Below are positions 1 through 10,052 of a DNA stretch of 64,000 nucleotides, piece by piece; position 1 is the stretch's first letter, and every line of letters begins with the position of its first letter. Made by a program: the position numbers and the translations under genes. The DNA is taken from assembly GCA_002269645.1 (NCBI GenBank), contig NIVC01001197.1:119269-183268 (forward strand), read 5' to 3'. This stretch comes from Macrostomum lignano. Its lineage: Eukaryota. The notes below the pieces were generated by a model. It had not been told where the DNA came from. It worked only from the letters and a program-made list of their open reading frames with translations, and did no database searches.

Positions 1-3000
1 GCATTTTAGCAAAAATAAACCTTCAAACCACATAATATTGAATAAAAAGCAGACATTTTCAATTATAAACCGCAAGTATTTTAATAGAAAAGTAAGCAAA
101 CAAGGCACAAAACCAGCAAATTTTACCTTTTTTATTTTAATGTTACTGATAAGGTAGAGAGTAGAAACTTGTGAGCTGTACGGAGTTAGAAAGTATTAAC
201 CAATATGTATCGTATGAATTATTAGTTCAGTACCAGCCATTGGTCAAGCGAGCATTTATGAAGTTATTACGAGTGATGAAGGATAGAGAGCTATATACAG
301 GAAGACAGTATCCTTCTAAACCACCACGAACAGATTGCTAATAGAGATAAGCTTTGTCTGTGTGCAGTATGAGTAAGCGAAGGCGGGGCAAATACTTTTC
401 CACATGCCGGACAGAACAGTATTGTGCTAGGATTTCTCTCGAAATCGCGGTACGTTACTAGTTTTTATCACACCATCCAGATGCGTCAACTAGTCAGCAG
501 TAGTCATTTATATGTTATTAGAACTTACAAACCCAGGTCAGGTAAATATTACAAAGAGTATATTACGTACACACGCCAACTCCGAATACCAAGCCATACT
601 AGTCTACTTGCAGTGCTCCTGGAGGGAAGGGACGGTCAAGAGTTACACAACAAGAATACATTCACACAAAGAGTACACCACTCGAGCCCCGTCCAGGCGC
701 CCCGATATGTATGATGCAGGCAACCCTCCCGACATGTACCCCGACATGTACACCCCACCATATGGCACTCGAGCCACAGGTGCCAAGCGCCGTCCGGGCC
801 CCCCGAAATGTACGCCGCGGGCGCCCCCCTCCCGAGCCGAAGGTACACTCTTCCAATATGAGTGTACACTCTCCCAATACAAGTGTACACTCTCCCAATA
901 CAAGTGTACACTCTCCCAATACAAGTGTACACTCTCCCAATATGTGTGTACACCGATTTGTAGTCAACAATACCTATTAACACAAAATTAGGCTAGTGAA
1001 AACTACTTATAGTAGGTGAAATTGCGTATATTTACATAAAAAGTAAGCAAAACACATATTAATCCCATCAGTAGGTGTAAATATCGGTGCATAATACATA
1101 TTACGAAACATATAGGTGTACGGACATATAGAATTAAGCATATGGGCAGCAAAAAAAACACACAATGTAGGTGCATTTTATCGATATTTTGGCAGAAAAG
1201 TAGGTGAAATAGACAAAATAGTAGGTATAATACACAGCACCTACTCATTAGTGTAGTAGGCGCTTGTAGATGCTAGTATATTGTAAGACATAGGTTGAAA
1301 TACACATACGCACAGTAGATACAAGTATAATGCAGGTGCATATGCACACACTGTAGATTCAAATTATGTAGATGCATAGGCTAAAATACACACATCGTAG
1401 AGGCAGAAGCAGGCATAATGCAGGAAAATTATGATATATATTAGTGCGTAAAAGTATCATATTATGACACACTGTAGCACATATTGACATAATGCAGGGG
1501 GAAAATATTGACAGAAATAGTGCACAATTGTAGAGGTAACAACCCGCCAACTAGTAAGGGCATCCGGCACTTGTTCAGGTTCTTATTATTTCGAGACGAG
1601 TGTCATGCCCCCACAAGAGATCTTATCAGAAATTTGTTGAACTCCACTGCAACTCTCCCCAGAGCCTCCAAATGCGAGTTTTTAACCCAGGGTCGAGTAC
1701 AAAGGGCCCGCCCACTCTTAACCCCAAGGAGGGATCCTAGCCGAAACCAAGTGTACGCAATAAATGTACGCAATTTCCGGTATATAGGACCACATGTACA
1801 CAAAGTACACACACACACAAACAGGCGTATTCACAGCAAGAGCTTCCTGCCGATGGCGCCATCGCCTGCAGCGCATCCTGCAGCACCGATCATAATTCTA
1901 TATGTCCGTACACCTATATGTTTCGTAATATGTATTATGCACCGATATTTACACCTACTGATGCGATTAATATGTGTTTTGCTTACTTTTTATGTAAATA
2001 TACGCAATTTCACCTACTATAAGTAGTTTTCACTAGCCTAATTTTGTGTTAATAGGTATTGTTGACTACAAATCGGTGTACACACATATTGGGAGAGTGT
2101 ACACTTGTATTGGGAGAGTGTACACTTGTATTGGGAGAGTGTACACTTGTATTGGGAGAGTGTACACTCATATTGGAAGAGTGTACCTTCGGCTCGGGAG
2201 GGGGGCGCCCGCGGCGTACATTTCGGGGGGCCCGGACGGCGCTTGGCACCTGTGGCTCGAGTGCCATATGGTGGGGTGTACATGTCGGGGTACATGTCGG
2301 GAGGGTTGCCTGCATCATACATATCGGGGCGCCTGGACGGGGCTCGAGTGGTGTACTCTTTGTGTGAATGTATTCTTGTTGTGTAACTCTTGACCGTCCC
2401 TTCCCTCCAGGAGCACTGCAAGTAGACTAGTATGGCTTGGTATTCGGAGTTGGCGTGTGTACGTAATATACTCTTTGTAATATTTACCTGACCTGGGTTT
2501 GTAAGTTCTAATAACATATAAATGACTACTGCTGACTAGTTGACGCATCTGGATGGTGTGATAAAAACTAGTAACGTACCGCGATTTCGAGAGAAATCCT
2601 AGCACAATACTGTTCTGTCCGGCATGTGGAAAAGTATTTGCCCCGCCTTCGCTTACTCATACTGCACACAGACAAAGCTTATCTCTATTAGCAATCTGTT
2701 CGTGGTGGTTTAGAAGGATACTGTCTTCCTGTATATAGCTCTCTATCCTTCATCACTCGTAATAACTTCATAAATGCTCGCTTGACCAATGGCTGGTACT
2801 GAACTAATAATTCATACGATACATATTGGTTAATACTTTCTAACTCCGTACAGCTCACAAGTTTCTACTCTCTACCTTATCAGTAACATTAAAATAAAAA
2901 AGGTAAAATTTGCTGGTTTTGTGCCTTGTTTGCTTACTTTTCTATTAAAATACTTGCGGTTTATAATTGAAAATGTCTGCTTTTTATTCAATATTATGTG

Positions 3001-3028
3001 GTTTGAAGGTTTATTTTTGCTAAAATGC
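1..3028. repeat. Large inverted duplication: arms 1-1136 and 1893-3028 around a 756-bp unique spacer
   Basis: Position i pairs with 3029-i (mirror ORFs 424..714/2315..2605 and 512..991/2038..2517). One mismatch was noticed (aatcccatca vs aatcgcatca, ~1064/1965). The left arm runs to the window edge, so the true arm length is >=1136. Confidence 0.97.
861..942. repeat. 21-bp minisatellite (AGTGTACACTCTCCCAATACA) x~4, mirrored at 2087-2168
   Basis: Tandem units read directly; they explain the periodic QYKCTLS ORFs. Confidence 0.95.
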
Positions 3029-3519
3029 CTGGTTTCTTATAAAAATTTCTACTCTCTACAATGATTGTGTCAGCTATTTCATTAAAATAACCTACTTTTT
3101 GAATAAAACGTTGTATTTAAGCCCCTAGTTTTTTTCTAAACATAATGGAAACCCGCCCAACGCCCTTGGAACCTCCTCAAGCAGCTTACATAGAGCATGC
3201 AGACCCCGAAACCCCTCTCTAGTGTGCCCTGATTTCAGCGGTCTAACGGTTAACATCTGTATTTTTACACTATATTTTCCTTCATACAGCAATATAAGAG
3301 GGTTTGGAAGAGTGAGTCTGGCGGGAGAGGGGGCTTGTGGGGTGATGAGGATGCGTACACACAGTTTAGCCTGTTTTAGCCTACCTTTTGGGCTAATATA
3401 CTTACTGTTATTACTACTATTATACCTACTATGTACATACTATTATACTACCCACTATTAAATATGTTGCACTAAAACCAACTTTTGGAAATACATAGTG
3501 TGTTTTGGTCGATTCTCCC

Positions 3520-4560
3520 TCACGTCTCTGTCCCTACACATGTGCTCTGCTCGCTTTGTTCTATGTTTGTGTACCTCTCTGTAACGTCTCTGTACGCTCA
3601 GACTGGTTTCTCCGTCCCCGCACGCACCTCTACTAAAGTTTGCTGTTACCTACCCCTACACACTGCTCTCTGTCTCCCTCCGCGCACACCTCTCTGGCCT
3701 TGCATGCAACTTGCATGTCTACTCCCCTGTCCTGCCCTCGCGTGGGTCCCTGTCTATACATGGCTACCGGACCCTACCTCTCTGTGCCTTGCTCGGAACT
3801 CTGCCCCAGGCCCCCTTCACACTTCTCTGTCCCGGGCTGCAACTGGCTACACGCGCCTCTGTTCCCCTGCCAGCGTGGCTGCCTACACCTGCACACTGCT
3901 CTCTGTCCCCTCCTCTCCGCGCCTCTCTATCATCCTATTCCTGCAGCCGACCGTGCCGTTCAGCTCTGTCCACGCACGGCTCCACCCCTGCCTGTGTCTC
4001 ACTGTACCGCCCTGTGTGGCTCCCTTACCCAGCGCGTTTGCGCCCTATCTCCCTCCTGCTCCATATGTTTCTGTTCCCTCACACTACGCACGCGTGGCCT
4101 GCTCTCTGTCCATACACATCTCTGCTCCTCCACTCTATCCTCGCGTGGCCCCTTGACTGTTCGCATGCCCCTGCATACCCTGCCTGCCTCTCTGTCCCCT
4201 GCAACTGGGGAGGGAGCTCTCTATCCTCTGTACGGCTCTCTCTGTGGGGGTGTGTGACTCACACTGCCTCTCTGTCCTAGCATGCGCCTCTCTATCCGGC
4301 TCCTGCAGCAGGTTGTGTTATTCACATCTCTCTGTCCACCCACCCTCTGCCCGTACACACTCACTGTACAGGGCTGCGTCAGCATCGGGGTTAAAACTTC
4401 TCGCTCCCTATGCTTCAACAGTATAATAACCTAGTGGCCGTCTCTCTGTCCACCCACCCCTCTCTGCCCGTACATGCCTCTCTGTCCCAGCACCCCGTGT
4501 CTCTCTGTACCCCCCACCTCATACTGCTACAGGGGGCCGCCTGTTATCTGTCCCCTGCTA
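3520..4560. repeat. Pyrimidine-biased region with dispersed CTCTCTGT(CC) motif
   Basis: Roughly 19 copies of (C)TCTCTGT at about 50-60 bp spacing. A ~50-bp duplicated block occurs at ~4380-4440 and ~4570-4630. Confidence 0.7.
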
Positions 4561-4654
4561 CAGGGCGGCGTCAGCGTTAGGGTTGAAACTTCTCGCTCCC
4601 TATACCCCACAACCGTGTAGTGGCCTAGTATGGGCGCGACCTGGGTTCGATTTC

Positions 4655-5141
4655 GCTAGTTGAGATGTGGGTGAGAGAGGGGAAGAGGCACGTATCGTTG
4701 ACTACATATCGGTGTACACACATATCGGGAGAGTGTACTGGGGAGAGTGTACTGGGGAGAGTGTACTTGGGGGAGTGTACACTTTATGCCGGGAGAGTGT
4801 ACACCCGTATTGGGAGAGTGTACCTTTGGCTCGGGAGAGTGTACACTCGGGGCGCCTGCGGCATGGGCGCCTGCTGCATACATATCGGTGTACATATCGG
4901 GAGAGTGCGCATACATATCAGGAGGGTACCCCTGCGGCATGGTCGCCTGCGGCATACATATCGGGAGGGTCGCCTGCGGCTCGGGAGGGTGCACATATCG
5001 GGAGGGTGCGCCAGCGGCATGGGCGCCTGATTGGCGCTTGGCGCCAAGCGCCTGCGGCGCGCGCGCCAGCCAATGAGAGGCGAGGAGGGTTGACACCCAC
5101 CCCACCTCCAAAAAGGGCGGATCTGCCGGCCCTTAGTAGTG
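4655..5141 (-). mobile_element. Putative right end of a CACTA/EnSpm (CMC)-type element with GC-rich subterminal repeats
   Basis: The minus strand reads CACTACTAAGGG from 5141, where the neighbouring transposase homology stops. About 12 GGGAG(A/G)GT(GTAC) repeats lie at 4720-5010, and there is a 20-bp palindrome at 5033-5052. Confidence 0.5.
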
Positions 5142-6481
5142 ACAGCGGTCAGCTTCTTCGAGCAGAATACATAAATTGCAAAATGTAGCAGAAGAAAGTG
5201 TTCATAGAACTCTTTTTGTAGAAAGTCTTTAAACAAATATGGTCCAGCATATAGGAGAAGGGTACGAAATTCAGCCGCCTTGAAATGTGCCAATTCAGCA
5301 AAGGACCGGAGTTTCCTGCAGAAGGAGGATGGCAGAAATTTGGAGAAGTCCTCCGTCTTCTTTGACAGCTATTCAATTAGTTGCTGAGACACTCTGCACC
5401 TCATTCGACTAGGTAGAAAAAAGAACTTGCAAAGCTTTCGCATAACACCAAGCAGTATTAAATGCATATACTCTGGAGGAAATGCCAGTCGAAGTGGGAC
5501 GATTTCAATTAGAGGAGAGATGCACAGTTGATTGTTTTCCTCTCCCTTAGCATACTGACAGTCCTCTCGCTGCATGCTATTGGAATCAAGGAATACAACT
5601 CTGTTTCCGCAGTATAAGCCATTGACTCGGCAATAGCCACAACCAGAGTAAGCAGTGTGCGACTTGATGCATTGGATGAAGGATCTGCAGGAGCATCACA
5701 GATGAAAACAATCTGTTCAACCAGGAAACAAATGCCATTGATAAAAAAGGAACTACCAAAATCCTTTAATTCACGAACCAGAGGAGTGATAAATGAATCC
5801 AGCTCAGGTTTCCCAATTCCAGCAAAAACACCTAAAGGTAGAGGCTGTGAGTCATTTATGATGACCAAAATGGGCCAGAGACCAAAGTTTGAGCCATTAA
5901 AAAGTGGCACTCCATCAATGTTCAACTTTAGCTTTAGATGCACATAGCCATCATTGAGATGCCTTTGAAAAAATTGCGTGAAAGAAGATTTGAAATTGTG
6001 TTTTTCAAATAGAAGTGCATACTTTCCTCTTCCAGAAATGGATCTAGTTACACTGGAAAGATGTTTGCATGACTGCCGCAGCTTGTAGACACTTGGTTGA
6101 CAGTCAATGTTGTGACGTTGAAGAATACCTAGGAGGTATGTCATTGCTGCCTGGCTGATGTTAACAAGATAAGAAAAAGTAGAAGCTCTTCAGCCAATGT
6201 TGATTTCCTAGAATTGCAATTCTCTTTCTTTGCTCTCTTGGGTTCAGATGGTTCCTCATTGCTGTCACAATAGTCAAGAAAACATCACTAACAAGCTCAG
6301 CAGTGGCAAAATAATCAATGCCATCATCATTACCATCTTCAAAAGGCTCAAAACCTCCATCCTCCTCATCAGAGTCACTAAGATCAAGATGGTCTGCAGG
6401 TCCAGAGATCAAAGTTCTGAACTCCAACAAATTAGCCTCAGTTTCAGCCCTTGCCTTTCGATACACACTTCGTGAAGGCAT
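5142..6481 (-). pseudogene. EnSpm/CMC (Tnp2/Transposase_21-like) transposase, frameshifted and 3'-truncated
   Basis: Motifs NIDGVPLF..WPIL, FICDAPA[frameshift ~5686]RSFIQCIKSHTAYSGCGYC, EYMHLILLGVMRKL, an in-frame stop at 5369-5371, then FKAAEFRTLLLY..EHFLLLHFAIY. Confidence 0.8.
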
Positions 6482-7099
6482 TAGTTATTAATTATCGAAT
6501 CAATAACTTACTTGTACACTTGTTTGAAAATATTTGGCTTAGCTAATAGACAAAGCTTCCAATGAAGAATAATTGCTGCCAAAACAGGCCACAGAAATCT
6601 GAAATAATGTTAGGCATTAGGGTTGATAGGAAAAGTTCCAATTCAGGCATAACTTAAAAACATATTTTAATGCCATTACTATTGAAGAAATTCAATTGAG
6701 GGAAACTATTAACTAAATAATTGTAACAGGGGTGATTCCTCTGTCTTTATGATATCCCACCGCTGATACAAAAAGCTGTTGCAGGGCTCTGTCTCTCTAT
6801 GAAAATCTCAATCGTTGCCTACCAAAGTTGTAATAGGGCTATGGTCCCCTCTCTGTTTAATTATTCTCTAAGCTGTTCTTAAAACGTCCTAATGTTTTAT
6901 CCTTTATCTTCTGACTGTACTTTTGTCTGAATGTACTTTTATTTACCTACTTCTATTGGTAGCGTCTACTCTTATTTACTCTTACTGGTAGCGTTTTTAC
7001 ATGTATTGTATTCGTAGCCTGAGCGGTCTGTAGGCACTGTCTACTCTTATGTCTCTCAGTCCTGGCATTCCCGGGATCAGAGGGTCACAGCCTTAAAGC

Positions 7100-7190
7100 G
7101 AAATCTCTGCCCTGAGGCGTCTATTCCCGCTCTGAAGCGATTCTTCTGCCCTGAGGCGAATATAGCACTTTTCTGCCCTGAGGCGATTTT
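7100..7190. repeat. Three copies of TCTGCCCTGAGGCG plus one degenerate copy; possible subterminal repeats of the CMC element
   Basis: Repeats read directly. The assignment to the element is inference. Confidence 0.5.
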
Positions 7191-9677
7191 CGCTTTTAGT
7201 GGATTTCTGATTCTCCCAATAGGGGTATTGATACTATAGAAATGAACAATCCAAGTAAGAATGCTTAAATGTTTTCTTGAACAAGTGGCAAGTCACACGT
7301 TGCAAGGAAGTAGTTGCAAAGATGCACAAGTTGCTCCTCTTGGCCCAATTTAGGCTCGTATTTATACTATTTCGTCTATGTATTTAAAACAAACTTTAAT
7401 TTTCTAGAATATTATTTGCGCACACCACATTAAAACAAAAATATTACTATTTGACGGAATTTTGAATACGGTAATTTCTAAGAAATAAGTTTGTCCGTGT
7501 ATACTAGAAGTAAAGCCATATTCATACCAAAGAGCAAACATATTACGCTGCCTCATAATATAACAATACCTAAGATTATATATGCATGAAGATATTTATT
7601 TGAGCAATATTAGAAAAAACCTTATAAAATATTGTACTAGATATCATAAAGGTTATAGGTATATAAATAACCTTACTTTATATCTATATTTTGATATAGA
7701 CATTTTGATGTATATATACAAGAACAAATCAAAAAAATATAACCAATATATATTTCTAATATATCCCAATGTCTTTTTAAGAAACTTAACCACTTTTAAA
7801 GTTGTAGGCCTAGGCCTATAGCTTATAGTATTATACTTTATACTAGATTATAAAGATTCCAGAGTCCAAAATACAAGGTTAATCTATTTTATCTTAACTT
7901 AATATGACCCTGCTAAACAGAGCAATTTATTTTGTCTAAAATAAATGCATTTTAATAACTTAATTTATATCCCACTATCCTACCTCCATTATTGTAATAG
8001 CTAGCTAGTCTTTTACAGTCTGTCTATAGCATAGACAAAAAAGGTACAATATAATAAATTTAGTTGAAATAATCTATCTAACTAATCTAATTTGAATTTT
8101 ATTAGTAGAACATGAAACTTAATGTATATATACAATATTTATTAACAAATATAAATGTTTTTATGCTGCTTAGACAGGATAGCAATGATACTGATGTTGT
8201 CATAATAATAGACTAGTGACAGACATTAAATGTCAAAAGTCCAAAGCCTAATAAATGTATTAGCTAGTCCAATTATTTAATATCCAATAGCTATTATACT
8301 ATAAAGGGGGCTTAAGCCAAAGCTAGATCTAAAGCTAGACACTTTAGCAAATTCATTGAGACAAAATATTAATTAGGCCTAGTTGTATTTTACTATACTA
8401 GGCTACCATTAGCTAGTGTATTGAATTAGCTAATCATCTTATATGATATCCAGAAATATAAAATATCCGAATCATTTAAACTGCTATTGATTTAAAACAA
8501 TTACCAGATACATAGAAAGACAAGCATTGAGTCATTGATAATAAAAAAAACAAAAAACAAACAACACAACAAACACCTGAAGAGTGGGATTCATGCGCGA
8601 GTTCTTTTTGAAAATGACTTAAATCTTAACACCTTAAAATAAAGTAAAACAAATGCAGTTAACTTTTATTGAATGCATGCACATTAGTAATACATAATAG
8701 AACGACTCATATATTTATTAGTTTATTCAAAAAATATGACAATGGAATGATAGTGACACATCTTATAATTCAATTTGTTGTGTGGCGAAGTGTTCCAGCG
8801 AATCGCCACCTATATTTTGCCAGCGAAAAATGATCATCCGAAAAAGAAAATATGCAACTGCAAACTATATTTAGGCTTACATAATAAAGTGCAGTTTAGC
8901 TCGTAAAGTAATTTAAATAAAATGTTAACTACAACTGTGCTTTCATAGGATGACAGTGTTTGCACATTAATCAATTTCTGAAATATTGATGGCGGAGTGG
9001 TGGTGAAATTTAGCCACTGATAGTATATTCTCAAATAAGTTTAGAACAGCTAAATTTGCACTGCGGGGGTACGAGACACATAAATAAAGGACTGCCTTAT
9101 AAATTCCGGGATATTTATTGTTGTTCAATTTTTTCGCCAGGTGCAAACCAGGCAGCCGCTGTTTTGCCACTGTTTCGCCAGCACCTTTTTCACAGGGTAC
9201 TTTCCAAGTTACAGTGAATGTGCCCCAGACCAAACTTTGAAAGTCATAGAAAATAGCGAGAAACACATTAAACTTTCCAAGTACCATCAAAGCCAACATT
9301 GAGTACTTTAAAAGTCAATCCAAGTACAGAGTACCAGCGCTGACTTTGAAAGTTTTCAACGTTTTTTTGCCGAGTATGTGAAGGCCGTTATGGAAATCAA
9401 TAATTTTGCATCAGGTTGCTAAAGTATCTAAAATGAGTGCTACCAAACTGATTCCCAAAATAAAGTCAGAATTTTTCTAAATGTGAGTTGCTGGCTTTGT
9501 CCTTCCCCCTACGATAAAATCGCCTCTGATCGCAGACATCTATAATAAATTGTTGTGAATCATTGGTTCATATTTTCACACAGGTGCGATTACTAGGGTG
9601 TATCAATGATGATATTGGTTTTATTTAGCTAAATTGGAATAACTGACAGAAATCTTGCCTAATCTACATTTCACAAG

Positions 9678-10052
9678 CTAACAGCAGCACGTGCGGAGTA
9701 GTCAAATTTGATGACGCTTCTAACTCTTCCGGAATGATTGTCAGCCACCCCGGCTACGACCAACACATTTTATACGCCACAAGCATGTCCTGCAGCTGGA
9801 CCTTGCCATCGGTGTCCGGAAAGTTCTACCAGCTCCATGTTGGCAATGTGTCTCTTGGAAATGGAGATTGCCTGTCTGTAAATCAAGGCACACCAGCGGC
9901 ATGGAAAGGTGGCAGTCCTAATGTGAATTTGTGCGGATGGAAAGCTGTCACTGACATGGCGCTTCAGGTGGATGGCAACTTCAGCATCATGTTTAGTTCC
10001 AATGGAGCTTATGAGTCCATGGGCTTTCAAATCAAATTTGAATTACAAAACT
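9678..10052 (+). CDS. Gene 1 CUB exon (type B)
   Basis: cacaag|CT AAC..; TCG...SGMIVSHPGY..SMSCSWTL..GDCL..NLCG..FSSNGAYESMGFQIKF; AAC T|gtgagt. Confidence 0.9.

Noticed and set aside
424-2605. Mirror-image ORFs in the palindrome (159 aa MLLELTN.., 172 aa spacer ORF)
   Set aside because: They are translations of minisatellite and GC-rich repeats, open in several frames, with no recognisable domain.
861-4560. CRISPR-like repeat-spacer arrays
   Set aside because: Eukaryotic context, no constant-length repeats with unique spacers, and no cas genes.
4619-4654. tRNA-like A box (TGGCCTAGTAT) and B box (GGTTCGATTTC)
   Set aside because: Only ~12 nt separate the boxes and there is no cloverleaf; at most a decayed fragment.
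6722-7240. Possible solo LTR starting TGTAAC
   Set aside because: No convincing CA end or TSD.
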